Shown: piece by piece, positions 1-13,002 of the stretch
Layout: every line of letters starts with the position of its first letter
Position numbering within the stretch: position 1 is the first letter of the stretch
The notes under the pieces: model-generated
Seen by the model: the letters and a program-made list of their open reading frames with translations, nothing else
Databases searched by the model: none
What the model was told of the DNA's origin: nothing
Position numbers and translations under genes: made by a program
Assembly: GCA_030248215.1 (NCBI GenBank)
Contig: JASANG010000295.1
Location: 496,001-560,000 of the forward strand
DNA: 64,000 nucleotides
DNA from: Enoplolaimus lenunculus
Taxonomy: Eukaryota
Direction of reading: 5' to 3'

Positions 1-554
1 CAGGGGATTTTGGCTTTTAAAAATGGCGTTTCTGTGTGTTAAAAATGTTCTATATTGTGTGTTTTTGTAACGCGGTAATTTACTATGGGTTTGAAAATTC
101 TAATGAAGGAATATTAAATTTTCATAAAATAACGTATTGTTAAGGGAATGCTGGGTTTGAAAGATGATTTAGTCTTGGATAAACTCGCGGTTTGTATTTT
201 CTTTTTGGTGGAAAGTAACGCTCGTACCGGGGCAGCCGGTACAAGCGCTGTACGGGCTGTACCGGTGCAGGTGGCTGTACATGGTTTTCTGATTGAAAAA
301 TGTTGTAACGTGCGTTCAGGAGAAAAATTATTCGTTAGCGCGATTTTGAGTTGGGTTAGTCTCCGGTTGAGTCTAGCTCGACTCAACCGTGGTTTTAACC
401 CAATTGCATTCAAATCATTGTAAATAACAAGTGAACTAATATAATATCATTATTTTGGATAAAGAGATTTGACTGGTGCAATTTATACGCCAAAGCGGAA
501 CAAATATTATTGTGAATCTACTGCGGAGACGAAACTCACGAACTTTGCTAAAAC

Positions 555-842
555 ATGGACCGAAATGCCGGGGAAACTCCGCCACGAACTCCTCCCCCTA
601 CGAAATTCGCGTCGTCTATATCGGAAACGATTCCTGTGTCGCCTAAAACGTCGACTCAGTTGAACCCACTCGCGGAGGAGTTTCGTCCGTCAACTCCGAA
701 AGGGGGCCGGTGGGCGGCAAGTCCACCGGCTCGGGAAGATCTTGCAGCATGGGAGACCACGCTACAACGAGAGGCGGAACAGGTAAAGAGCCCTGTTTTA
801 GTTGAGTCCATAGGTAAAACCCAGAAGAATAGGTTCTACTAA
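555..842 (+). CDS. Small Pro/Ser/Thr-rich ORF or first exon with a PAM2-like motif (LNPLAEEFRP)
   Basis: ATG-initiated 95-aa ORF in a GC-richer patch; motif at about 660-692; possible donor CAG|gtaaag at 782/783. No downstream exon identified. Confidence 0.3.
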   Translation: MDRNAGETPPRTPPPTKFASSISETIPVSPKTSTQLNPLAEEFRPSTPKGGRWAASPPAREDLAAWETTLQREAEQVKSPVLVESIGKTQKNRFY

Positions 843-2208
843 AATTTCACGCATAATACGGACATAATAAATGTTGTATAATGTGTTATCGGATTTTTGA
901 CTTTCTAATAAACTACAGGTGTCCAGTTCTGTAAGGGATAATAGCCCAACGATTTCCGGGTGTGTTCGAAATTTTGTTTCAGTATCAATTTTGAGATTGC
1001 TGTTTTACCAGATTGGCGCGCCATTATCCTTGTTAGATCCCCGCAGGACGGGGTTGTTTTTGTTATTTCGGACTCAGACTTGCGCGATTCACGACCGAGC
1101 AAGTCTGGGTCGGAATTTGTTATCGTGTCCGTACTGGGGATGGATATATTTCTTTTTCCTTGTTCCTTTTTCTTTTCCCGGTTGATTTTTGGGCCCTGAG
1201 CATTGAACGGTTATTGCGTATAGTAAAAATTTCTACAGCCCTAGAAATGGGCGGTGCGGTCCCCGTATTTGTTTTTCCTTTTTGACCACACCCTTTTACC
1301 AAGAACTTATTTTTCCCCGCACTCCGAACTTTGCCTGCCCACCGGATGGACAATATAATTTTGCCACGATGGTCAGAAATTTTATCTGGGGGCAGGAATG
1401 CGCGAGGATAAGAGTCTCCTAGCCCCAAATTTTTTTCGGGATAAGTGGCGTTTTGGAAGCATTCGCCGGCTTGCGGCCGGCAAGTAATTTTTACCAAACG
1501 GAATTGTGCGCTACGTTTTTATTCAATAATCCGGTGGCGATAAGTATTTGCATTCAGGTGGTGAATACACTGCGAGCCCGAGATGGGAAACCCATCCCGG
1601 ACATGATCGAGCGGAGTAGCATAACTAGACACAGCAGCCGGCTTCGATCAAACCATAAGGGGTACCCGCCAAGGATGAGTGGCAAGGACTTTCGATCCAG
1701 GGTAACCTACCTTATAATTGTAGCAACAACAAAACCAGGACAATCCCTGTCTGTGTCAATATGTGCGTTTTTGTAATAACCTCCACAAGAATTTATTAGG
1801 TTAAAACTAGAATTGTTATTTTTATTAGCAAATTTATTTTTTTGCCAAAAATTATATTTTCGTTTTTGTTTTTACAATCAAAAACCCCATATATACAGCC
1901 AAACCTTCTGCGTGTAATCCATTCAAAAGTACCCTGTTCATTCATTAGCATTGTTCGTTCGCTTTGGACACACTCTGGAACGTTTCTTTGGAAAAAATTA
2001 AATAAACTATTTATTTTTAAAAACGTTTAAGCATTTTTTAAGATTTAAAAATTGTTTCCGTTTCTCACGATCAACCTCAGCGTACGACAACAACTTTCCA
2101 TTCGAGCGCAACTTGGATTTGTTTCTTTCTTCTTCTTCTGTTGTTTCAATTCGTAAACCAGATCTGCTTTTTTGAAAAAAAATTAATCAGTTAAGTATTA
2201 ATTTTCAA

Positions 2209-2992
2209 TTAAAAATTAAAAATTTGTTTCCGTTTCTCACGATCGACCTCCGCGTACTGCCACAATTTCGACGCGTGCGGATTCCATTCGAGCGCAACGC
2301 GCATTTTGTCTTCTTCTTTCGCTTCACGCCATAAATATTGTACAAATATGCGATTTTTAAAATTCCACCGCGGTGACTCGGTAACCGGAGCAATTACAGT
2401 AACGATCCGATGAAATTTAGGGCACGATTTCCAAAAACTATAATATCGACTAACTTTAAAAACGTTCGCTAGTGTCACTTCAGATTTAGCGTCTTTTTGC
2501 ATCCGCGCTGATATTGGTTTACCGCGTGCCATTACCAGTTGAACTTTATGAAACGTTTTCAAGTCTTCGCTATAGTAGTATTTGGTAGGACGTCCCGTAG
2601 GTCGCCACAAATCTTTGGCTTCAGCTAAAATTTCGGCAATTTTCACCTTATCGCCGTCGACAACAAAACAAAAGTTTTCCGTCACTAAACTTGGCGTTTC
2701 TTCAGTGATATAAGTGTCCGGACAACTGACAGCGCTCAATATCGCTTCTTCGCTATTCACAGCGTGCGTTGTTGACGTGTAGACTGGCATGTTCCGGTAA
2801 AACGTTTTAGGTTCGCCGTTGTTTGTATCTGAGGTTGATGGGATATCGTTATCCGTTACTGATAACCGGTCATCGGTTTCCGTTGAGCATAGACCCGAGT
2901 CACAGGTTGGAAACGCATCAAAGTCGAGAACGCTTTCACTTGGAGATGACATTATGCTCGACAATGAGTTGCCGTGTGCGTCTTCGAGTGGA
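2209..2992 (-). CDS. Uncharacterised protein exon: acidic Ser/Thr-rich N-terminus plus a globular domain (NFCFVVDG..WRPTGRPTKYYYSEDL..RYYSFWKSCPKFHRIV), recalled as resembling a nematode DUF7747-type domain (unverified)
   Basis: Part of a 302-codon open frame (2209-3117) with protein-like composition; TTTTCAG acceptor at 2993-2999; in-frame ATG at 2952 (also 3048/3045). Confidence 0.65.
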
Positions 2993-3271
2993 CTGAAAAT
3001 ATTATCGTGTAGTCGATATATAAGTTTTACGCGTCGTACTAGCATCATGCAAGGAAACGGTTTAGTTTCAAAATTGTATATAACTATAAATTTATAAGTT
3101 GCCGTTATAATTTTCAAACCAAATTTTAAGTATTACTTAACCCATTCTGCGTCTGAGAGTTTGTTTACTTTTAGCGGATGCAAGGGGAGGCTATAAAATT
3201 CGCTAATTAATACTTAATATTACTTACTGACATATACACGAATAACAGTTTTTGTTACAATATATAGAGTG

Positions 3272-3730
3272 CAGGGTGCAGCCGGAAGTGAAAAATGCCG
3301 GTGCCGGAGCCGGTGCCGGAGGTCGTCGAAACTTGCCGGAGCGAGAGCCGAAGCCGGAGCCGGAGGTGAGACGAAATTAGGTAGTAAAAATAATGGTTAA
3401 TTAGTTAATTTTAGCCAATATTTGCAATGAGACGGAGCAGGAGGTGAGGCGAAATTAGGTAGTAAAAATGGTTAATTAGTTAATTTTTGCCAATATCTGC
3501 AATATGGTGTTAAGTTGTTTGGTTTTACGCTAATTTCCTGCGAAAGTTAGGAAATTCTCTAATGAAAATTGTGACAAAAGCAAAACGATACGCGCTAAAC
3601 AGATAAATTTTGCAAAATGATGCAAAATTTTACTACCGAAATGTCCGAAACCTCCGACAAAAGTTCTACCGGAGTCGTAGCCGAACGCGGATTTTCTGCT
3701 GGAGGGGGGCTGATCTCCGGTTGTATCCTG
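3272..3730. mobile_element. hAT-like MITE
   Basis: Terminal inverted repeats CAGGGTGCAGCCGGA / TCCGGTTGTATCCTG; degenerate 8-bp flanks atagagtg / atagaaag; internal gccgga repeats. Related termini near 22035, 33630-33680, 44445 and 57005. Confidence 0.65.
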
Positions 3731-4102
3731 ATAGAAAGGTGTTAAAGTGCAATGCAACTACTACGTTCAACAGCAGTACAAAATTAAAAAATAAAAATAA
3801 AGTATAAGAGAAAGCATGCAAGCAATCGACAAATTACGAAATAGATTATCGTAAAGAAATTAAAGTTAATATTTTCAGCTCAAAGCTAACTGCGGGAACT
3901 ATTCCGAACAACATTTACAATTCACGTTACACGCAAACAATTCCTGAAAACTTGCAAAAATAAAATAAAATAAAATTTATACTTTTCACATTTAATTTGC
4001 GAAAATATTTTAAAGTGAAATTTTCCTAAGTTCAGTAGAGAAACATTGCTTCCGTAACAAAAAGATTAAACAGCTAAAATAAGTGTTATGGAGTTTCCAA
4101 AA

Positions 4103-4356
4103 CAGAGGCGGATCCAAAAATATTTGACGGGGGGAGGGCTGACAAATGTTATGAAACGCAAAAATTGTAAGGTAGGGAGGGACCTTATCATTTTATATCA
4201 CCAAAAAAATTTTCTGAGGGCGAAAAACTGTAAGGTACTTTACCATGTTATCAGAAAACATACTGCGGGAAAAATTGTAAAAAACTGTAAGGCAGGAAAT
4301 CTTACCATTTTAATACAAAAAAAATTGTAACGAGGGACGTAGCCCCCCCGCCCACT
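4103..4356 (+). mobile_element. CAGAGGCGGATCC-family MITE copy
   Basis: Shares its terminus and internal 'gaccttatcatttt..caaaaaa' repeats with copies at 18221, 36123 (inverted) and 43064. Confidence 0.55.
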
Positions 4357-7300
4357 TTGAAGATTTAAAGCAATTTGAGTTTAATGCTCAGCTCATATTG
4401 TAAATACTAGTCAGAGAGCTTACCGTAATGTGCAAAAACTTGGCAAGGCAAATACACAACAATCTGCATGCAAAATTTTCTAGAACTAGGCTCGAAACCA
4501 AAGCAACATATCATGTAGAGACCAAAAATGTATAAATATTTACACTCAAAGTTAAAATTTCGACTGGGTAGAATATAGCTAGGAAATATAAATTGTATTA
4601 TGTTCTACGTACATGATTGGTAGTAGTTTACGGGAAACATGAAACCATAAAAATTGATTCACAAGTATAATAATGTTTGCTGTATTAAGAGTAATTTTAG
4701 TGATAAATATCATCTTACAAAAGTGGAATTTTAACACTTATACACGCGTCTTGCACAACCACACAATATAGCACAGCGAATAAAGTTTTTAAGGTGATCC
4801 GAACGTTTGAAATTTTATTGCAAATTCCTATAAATTCCACGGTACACAAGCAGATGTACAAGAAATTGCACAAAATTGTATCAGATATAAGCACACTGGT
4901 TAAAGGTTGAAGAGAGATTAGAAGTAGTGTAAGCACATGATACATGCCTACTCTCTAAAAACTTAAACTTAATTATTGCTTAGCTAAACTTGATTATTAG
5001 CTTAGGTAGATGTGAAATGTCACATCAAACTAACTAAATCAGTATTTCTAGTTTTATCTATCAACTTCATATTTTTAAGTCTAACTAGATTTTAAGTTAA
5101 GCTTATTTTGGTTTTAGGAACAAATGCAGCAAAGAAATTATGTGTATCTAAGAATTTATTTTGTTTAGCTTAAACTATAAATATGTAAGATTTTAAAACA
5201 GTGTTAGCGTAAACCTACCTGTTGGCTTTGCTAATCTAGAAAGTTAGCTTAATGCTGCTGAATTAATTTAAACTTAAATCAAGTTTAGTTTAAGCTTCTA
5301 GAGAGTGATTTGCGCTGAAACTGTTAGCCACGTCGTGCATGGTACCTGAGTAATTTCGGGGGATTTGGTACAGTGTTTGGATCACATACAGGCGCGGGCA
5401 GAGGCGGGCTCACTTCGATCACTGTAATATTTGGTACAATGCTAAAAATGAAATAAGACACTTTAAAAAACTAAGTAAACCCGATATTGAATAAAAAAGT
5501 TGAAACTGAAAAATACACACACACAGGCCAATAGCCAGGGTTGTCGTTGACAAACAAGCATGGTTGAAAATTTTCTAAGAGGCAACAGTTTTAAAAGGAA
5601 TGGAGAGACTAAGCACCTCCGCTCTTCCTTGGCTACGGTCCCGTACCAAAAGTGCTAGTTTGCTACAAGTGCCAAGTCACACTGGTTGCAGTACCTAAAG
5701 GTGCAAAAACGAATGTGCGCTAGGCAATACACCACAAATCCTATTTGGCCTGACCTCTCCACAAGATAATTTACGACATACAAAGGCGAGGGATTAATTA
5801 AAAGATGTGAGGAATTTTGCTATACGAAGTAAATTTTGTGTTTCTGAACTTATGCATTTAACTTTTTAATAAATACCAGATGAAGCAAAAATTTATGCTA
5901 CATACAGTGTGAAATCCGCTAATCCTATTTAGGGCTCGAATTCAAAGCTATGAAACTAAACAGACAATGAGAGTGGGTGAATTGTAGAATATTTATAAAT
6001 TACGATCATATTAAAGACTTAAAATGATTTCTACAGAGCATGAGCATTTTATTTTTACTCAATTAAACGTGGATCTGCTTTATCAAAAATTAAAATTGAA
6101 ATAAAAACTTGAACACGGTATAACACTCACGTTTGCTTGAAATTACGTTTATGTGCTGATTTAAATGCTGCTGAATGTTAATATTTCGGCGGTTTGTTGC
6201 ATATATTATGTTTAAAAAAATTAAAAATTGTGACACACAGCGATTTGAAAATGGTTATGCTGTGAGTACTTTTGTTTAAAACAACTCCTGAAGCAACTGT
6301 TTCTCATTGAATTTTATGTTTATTTCTGACAAACCACCAGGGTTGAACTGAGCGACCACTCCCATACATTACAGCTGGCGGGCGGCCTAGAATTGCTCTG
6401 AACAGGGTGACAATATCAATTTTAAAAATTATATTTGGTCCAAAAATGTAACTAAAAATAATTTACAATAAAAACTGGTCATTTCCGGTTAAGTGCTTGT
6501 CAGTTTTTATGCGTCCAAAATGGTCGGCATTAAATTTTTTGTGCATATTTATACTTCTCATCACCTCCTTTAGTGTTAAATTTATCGCTATTATGGTCAA
6601 ACCGTTGGCCAAGTGTCGAATGGCTTATTTCACCATAAATCATTAATGACGGTATGTTGATACATTTAACACCACTCGACTCAACTCGGCAAGCAGCGTC
6701 GAATGGTATAGAAATTATTGAACTTTTTTGCAAAAAAATTTTAGTCCCAGAGAGAGGCTTAAGCAGACCGAAGAAATCGAATTTTCAGAAATTTCAAATT
6801 GCGATGTGAAATGATTACATAGATTATGAGCAGCTTACAATATGGGAAAAAATTTCAAAATCCGACCATTTTTACGCATCGCCGGCTGGTGGTCACTTAA
6901 CGAAAGAGACCATGATACGCCTAACTTCTCGCTCGCGAAATTCCATTTGAAAATAGCTACTGTTACTATTAAACAATCCACCGCACATGGCGCACTATGA
7001 AAGCTATTTGGGCTAAAAACAATTTTATTGATTCATTTCGAGCTCATAAAGTAGTCAAATGTGAAATGGTGGAGTGTAAAGCGGTGATTAAACTTAAGTA
7101 AAAAAACTACGCAAAACCCACGTGAACAGTTTTCTTGTGCCTCATAGTTGGTCAAGTATTTACGCATTTACCATTAGATTTATAGCCAGTTGAAACCACG
7201 AAATGAGGACTGGGGTAGAAGGTTAAACATGGAAGGGCGGGACTAGCAATACATTCGTCCTTGGCATTTATAAACCAGTTCACCTTTTGCCAATTTAGAG

Positions 7301-7709
7301 AAATATTTCAAAGTTCGCAAGCGCAGCGAACAGGACGCATAACTTATTATTTCCAGATCAGTGGATTGCCGGAAGATCTAAAACTAATTTTTCAGTTCCT
7401 CAAATTTCAACCAGGTTAAAGGGTATTTATCCTTTGCGCTCTAATGTATGACCACCCTTCTGTGAAGTACGGGTTAGATTTTGCCCAGACCTTGAACGAT
7501 ATTCACAAATTTGTGCCAGTGAACATTTGTAACGAATAAATAGTCAACACTTCATGAACGCTAAATCTAATAATAAAAATACTTTTATATTCTATATATT
7601 AACCAAATAACTAAACAAAAACGTAAACGTCAAAAATAAGATAAAATAACAAAATAAAATCAAAAAGTATAAAAATATTATATACGTCCAAACTTTGTTG
7701 CGTTCCTCT

Positions 7710-8012
7710 TCAACCATCTGCAAGTACGATTCCCAATTTTCCATCAATGTCATACCAAATGGCTAAAATATAAACCAAAAATTTAAATGACTGGCTCCAA
7801 GGTTTACGCTGCACTCGCCGCGCGGCGTCAGACGCAAACGTACGCGAACAAATAGATTTTGCGTATATTTTTGTATGCAGCGGTGTGCGGCAGCGTCGAG
7901 CAGACGAATGCGGCAATATCTGGTTTGACGAATTATTTCTTAAACATCGTATTTGCGTCGGTACTGGATATTTTATTTTTCCAAATATCAAGCTGTAATA
8001 CATGGTTCTTGG
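7710..8012 (-). CDS. K2P/TWK channel gene: putative terminal exon (PRTMYYSLIFG...LGIVLADG*)
   Basis: Acceptor ttttatag at 8013; phase 0 matches the previous exon; open to TGA at 7710. The preceding intron is only 38 nt, so this exon is uncertain. Confidence 0.4.
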   Translation of the reverse strand, partial: PRTMYYSLIFGKIKYPVPTQIRCLRNNSSNQILPHSSARRCRTPLHTKIYAKSICSRTFASDAARRVQRKPWSQSFKFLVYILAIWYDIDGKLGIVLADG

Positions 8013-8050
8013 CTATAAAAATAAATTTATGAATTATAATCAAAAAATAC

Positions 8051-8121
8051 CTCCATAGGAGAATGAACAGGAATAAGTCCTGGACACGAATCTCGTTTAA
8101 AGGCAGCTTTGATGTCGTCTT
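8051..8121 (-). CDS. K2P/TWK C-tail exon, 71 nt (KDDIKAAFKRDSCPGLIPVHSPME)
   Basis: ttttatttttag acceptor, GAG|gtattt donor, phase 1 in / 0 out. Confidence 0.65.
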
Positions 8122-9044
8122 CTAAAAATAAAAAGACAATACAAGTCTTGGAATTATTGCGAGCCGAGAAAAACAAGGCAAATTACGCTAGACTTAGAAT
8201 TTAAAAATACTATAATCATAAACAGTGTAATCTTTAAGGATATTGATGGCTCCGCCAAAAATATCCGGATATGAAAATTAATGAGATATGTATCTGAACA
8301 AAAACATGATATCCGGACATCTATGTATCTATATATAGCCGAATCTCCGGGTATCCGCCGGATATCCGGATTATCTTTGCGCAACATTGAAAAATTTACA
8401 ATTTTTACCGATAAGAAACCTTTAGTTAAGTTCGAACTATATTTCAGAAATCCTTAAACGAAGCTGTATCTGCTCTGAAAAAGCTGTGTAAATTAACTAT
8501 AGATCTCATGTGTTTTCATAGCTGATTCCGTGCCTTGATTTTGTATTTTGGAAAATTATATTTTCTACGATTTACAAAGGTTTCCGTTAGTTTCAATAAG
8601 TGTTTTTCAACGCAGTTAAAAATGCTGAGTCGAATGGTTGTAAGTTTGCTTTCACGTGGTAACCAGTACTCGAGGTAAGGTAAAAAATCTTCTGGCACTA
8701 TACTCAGTTTGCTCGAAAATTGAATCTTATAACTCAAGAACCAGTTATCAGAACGCAAGATATTTCGCATCTTTCAAATTTACAAAATATTTGAATTTAA
8801 GCGTGAAACAAATGGCGGAAGTTTTAAGAAATCTAAATACGAATTAGATTTTGAAAGGCGAACACCGACTGTAAAATAATGACGATGCGTTCATAACAAA
8901 GTACGTGTAGCGCGTGTTCAATTGCCATGTTTGTCCGGATGCTAATTTAAATGTTAAATTTTTTACATTCTCAAACTCAAACAGACAATCTTAAGCTCTT
9001 TAAAAATATTTGAAAAACTCAAATTGAAGCGCAACATAACTTAC

Positions 9045-9079
9045 TGATTTTGTCATAGTCAGGTGACGGTACTCTTGGT
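9045..9079 (-). CDS. K2P/TWK C-tail micro-exon, 35 nt (PRVPSPDYDKI)
   Basis: gtttcag acceptor, gtaagt donor, phase 2 in / 1 out. Confidence 0.65.
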
Positions 9080-9335
9080 CTGAAACAATCACAGTAAACC
9101 AGCGGTGAACAGGCTACGGGGTTGCAGTTTCCTAGCACAAAACTTTATCGAAATAGAGCGCATGGGAGGTATATGCAGTCGCAGCAAAACTTAGGCCAAC
9201 TTAACATCATTAAACGCTATTATTTTACAAGCACCTTTTTCGCAGCCACCAAAGAACAAAGGTTTTTAACCATAATGAATAACGTTACTAACGAAGACAA
9301 GCAAGAGAAAGCAAAATAATAATGTTACAACTTAC

Positions 9336-9357
9336 TCAATCCATTCCACTTCGAAAT
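9336..9357 (-). CDS. K2P/TWK C-tail micro-exon, 22 nt (DFEVEWIE)
   Basis: T-rich tag acceptor, gtaagt donor, phase 1 in / 2 out, exactly bridging its neighbours. Confidence 0.6.
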
Positions 9358-9691
9358 CTAAAAAAATGTTTGTTAAATAGGCACACTAAGGATCATAAGC
9401 AATTATAAAAACCGTATTCAACATTCTGCATAATGGTATCACGGCTGTAACCTATACATTTAAAACATTTGCTTGCAGCTAAAACCTAATCGTAAGGTAG
9501 ACACCTATGATAACAATCTATTATTCATTTGAATACAGATAGGAAAAATATACAAAAAATTCTCATCGTTTTTAAATTTTCGAACGTAAAAAACTACCAA
9601 ATCGATAACTTTTTTTACAAATTTTTTTACAAAAACAGACAGACTGTGGAAGTTTGTAAACGCTATAACATAAAATATTAAAGTACGGTAC

Positions 9692-9738
9692 CTTGAGATT
9701 CAGACCACGATATCGGAGATGGAAGACGTTCGTATATG
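9692..9738 (-). CDS. K2P/TWK C-tail micro-exon, 47 nt (IYERLPSPISWSESQ)
   Basis: attttag acceptor, AAG|gtaccg donor, phase 2 in / 1 out. Confidence 0.6.
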
Positions 9739-10059
9739 CTAAAATAGAGCAACAAAACTATTGGTACAGTTTGCAATTATGCAAGTAAGCACAGGTTGTA
9801 GCATTTTACAGTTAATACAACGGGGATTTTTGTATTGAGCTCCGGTCGAAACCGCTTCAACTTATACATTGCAAATTTGCAAATATGCCATAGAAAAGCT
9901 AAGATGAACTTAACCACTGCCATGAGGGATATATCACTTGATTTGAAAGTGGTTGTAAACCTTTTGCATGGTGGTGATAATTTTTCTAGAAAAAGTTGCG
10001 CTCGTCTGACCATGTGTTTATCAAACTGAGATAAATATTAAACTAAATTTAAAACTAAC

Positions 10060-10114
10060 TGCATTCGCTCGTAAACGCTTGAGTTTGTTGCAAGTGAGCA
10101 GTGAAATGAAGGAT
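10060..10114 (-). CDS. K2P/TWK C-tail exon, 55 nt (DPSFHCSLATNSSVYERMH)
   Basis: gtttcag acceptor, gttagt donor, phase 1 in / 2 out. Confidence 0.55.
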
Positions 10115-10193
10115 CTGAAACATTGCTGCCATTAATACATCAAACGACTTAGATACCTCATGCTGAACATTACCTTCATTCGCAGCTTACAAA

Positions 10194-10354
10194 CAGGCCC
10201 GTAGCCAGCCCATCTTGCTAAGGGGGGCTAAAAACGTTTTAGGAGGGACATACAAGGGTTTTCGTTGACATACAAACAGGGTTGAAAATTTTCTAGAGGG
10301 GGCCAAAATCTTTCCAGGCTGGCTAAACCCACCCCCCTTGGCTATACGGGCCCG
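10194..10354. mobile_element. hAT-like MITE with 8-bp target-site duplication
   Basis: Termini CAGGCCCGTAGCC / GGCTATACGGGCCCG; flanks cttacaaa / cttacaag. Related copies at about 5524-5643 and 12664-12834. Confidence 0.7.
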
Positions 10355-10814
10355 CTTACAAGAATGTTGTTTAATGCTTACGTATGCTAAAATATCTTCT
10401 CTGTGTCTGCAGTTTTGTTTTCAAGCAAATTAACATTTTGATTTTCTAGGACCATATTCTGCTAGTGCTAAGCTGAATATTGTGTTAAAACTTAAATATA
10501 TTGGCATAGTTACATTTTCAAGAATCATATCGCTTTGTACGAACTTTATCAAACGTAGTGGTAAAGAATGGAATAAAACCATTGTAATGGAAGATCATAA
10601 ATTTTCAACGCAACAAAAAAAGATAAAATCAAATTTTTTAGTTATATAAAAAAAAAGCACCTAAAAAGCGTTCACTTAATGGTGTCTTCATACTACACTC
10701 GAGATTCATTATAGTTTTTCTGCTTACATGAAAATATTTTGAAAAACACTGTGTATAATGCGAGAAGTGTTTGAAATAGCGTTTAATTTTTGATGCGCGT
10801 GTTAACTGACTTAC

Positions 10815-10867
10815 CAGGACCTGATGGACCATCTGAAGTTCGAGACTGTTGCCGCAGCGTGTGTAAG
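10815..10867 (-). CDS. K2P/TWK C-tail exon, 53 nt (LHTLRQQSRTSDGPSGP)
   Basis: ttttttcag acceptor, CTG|gtaagt donor, phase 2 in / 1 out. Confidence 0.7.
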
Positions 10868-12255
10868 CTGAAAAAATGACGTACAATTAATAATAATTGG
10901 TGCAGCGAAAATAGGACCACACAGAAAAATATTGCCTTAAAATTTCGTGACTCCTATTGTCTCAAATTTATGACTGTCCATCTCACAAATGGTTGAAAAA
11001 TAAATGTCTTATATTCAAGAAATTATTGTTGAAAATTTATAAGAAACAAATATCCTCTTTATGAGAAAAGTATGCAAACGATCGGCTCTGTTTCTTTTCT
11101 TTAAAGGGTATTTACGGTAACAAACCTTAAGTGTATTTCTGAATGACCTCAGGCTCCCTCCAACCTGAGTTTACGTATTGGACATATCTCAGGTTGTAAA
11201 ATTGAAGAACTTGGATGAGCTTTCGCGGTCACCCTGGTAAATCTTTCTTTATATGATTTATATGACTGGAAAATCAGTAAAATAAGTCTTTTATTACAGA
11301 TAAATTTGTGTTATATTTCAAAAATGTTCGTGTTTATTGATTATAAAACCGTCATAAATGCCAGAGTGTTCAGTCTAAAAATTTCTTTTAGATAAACTCT
11401 GGAATTCAAGACATATGTCGGGAGTTTGTATTAAGATAAGATTGCCTTAAATTTCATACAATATTTCTTGAATATCAAACCATTTGTTTTGTGTATAACG
11501 CCTAGACATTAGCGAGTCAGCTGAAATGGTACTAAATTTTTAAAAGATTCTACATCAACTTGAAAGTGCTTGAATTTTCAATTATTATTTGATGCTGCCG
11601 TAAACTTGTGTGGTCAGCCAAGTGTAAATAAAGTAAAGATAAAATGCAAGATGAACAACTTACAGTATCCGCTCATAAACACTTGCGGTCGTTGATAACG
11701 ATATTGATGGTGTCCTGAAACCACATAAAATTCAAACAGCAATAAAATATTTTTCACACTACAGCCGAAGACACGAAGTTTCACGGTGCAGTATAAAATT
11801 TGGTTTTGGCAATTTCAAATTATACAAAGTGATAGACTATATTGTGGATAATGCATAAATTATATCGAAAAGCTCTCGACTGTGTAATCTATTCAGTAAA
11901 AAGATTTCACAATTAATGATCAATTTTTTGGTAAATTATGTGTCGTTGTTGCGGTAATGCGCTGTTCATAATAATTTTTAAGGGATTGCGACCGACTTGC
12001 ACGGTTGTTGGGGTTGCCTGATGTGTAAAGTTTCGAATATACGCTCGTTAGCACCCGCCTAATTCTAGTTTCTTCGTTAGGCCCACATTAACACATACAA
12101 AAAATACGACCCTAGCCAGCTACATTGCTGATAATTCTGAATTTCAACGATAACCGCGACATGGATAGATAGTGCAACATAATACTGAGGTGACAGAAAA
12201 TTCAAGAATGAAAACAAAAAATCGTTGACCAATTTGTTTGTATCAAAGGACTTAC

Positions 12256-12328
12256 GGCACTTGTTCTTGCTCTTCGTCAGATTCCTGAAATTTCGTCCAC
12301 GACGGAACACTTGGCAATGGTGGTGGCC
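12256..12328 (-). CDS. K2P/TWK C-tail exon, 73 nt (GPPPLPSVPSWTKFQESDEEQEQVP)
   Basis: tgtttaag acceptor, gtaagt donor, phase 1 in / 2 out. Confidence 0.65.
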
Positions 12329-13002
12329 CTTAAACAGGCAAGCAAAATTTCAAAGACATAACTGTTCGGCTACCGATCTGTTAAAGGTAATTTGAGTACA
12401 ATATTTGTTACATTTTCTCAATTTATTTATTTTTTCAGCATTAGCAAATGGTGAGTTATGTTCAATGAGACAGTGTTTCTACAAGACGCACGTCAAATCG
12501 TATTGCAGAAATACAGCTCTCAATCATTTTTTCCTTCCCTCAAGTTTTCTTGTTAAAATCAAAATCAGAGATCATATGTATTTATCTTCATTCCACTCAT
12601 TATCAGGTGGCTCTAAATTTTTTTAAAATTATACCACACGCGTATTAACGCGCTTGCTGTATGCACGGGCCTATAGCCAGAGGACGGGAGGCAGAGGGGC
12701 TCAGCCCCCCTCATGTAAATTTTTTAGCTTCATTAGAAAAGTTCCAAACTTGGTTATAAATCACCGCAAACCCTACCATGCCCCTCGTAAAAAATTTCAA
12801 TCTCCACCAGCAAAGTGAGCTGGCTATGGGCTTGCGTACGCAACGATAAGGGTTCACCCGCAATCAAATGTGCTCAAAGCAAAAGTATATACTAGCCGCA
12901 GATGCAACAACATCCTTACAAAATTAATTGGGATACAAGCCATATTAAAACTTAAATTTCACAAAAAGCGAACCTTGTTTTAGCATAAAACCCACTAATT
13001 AC

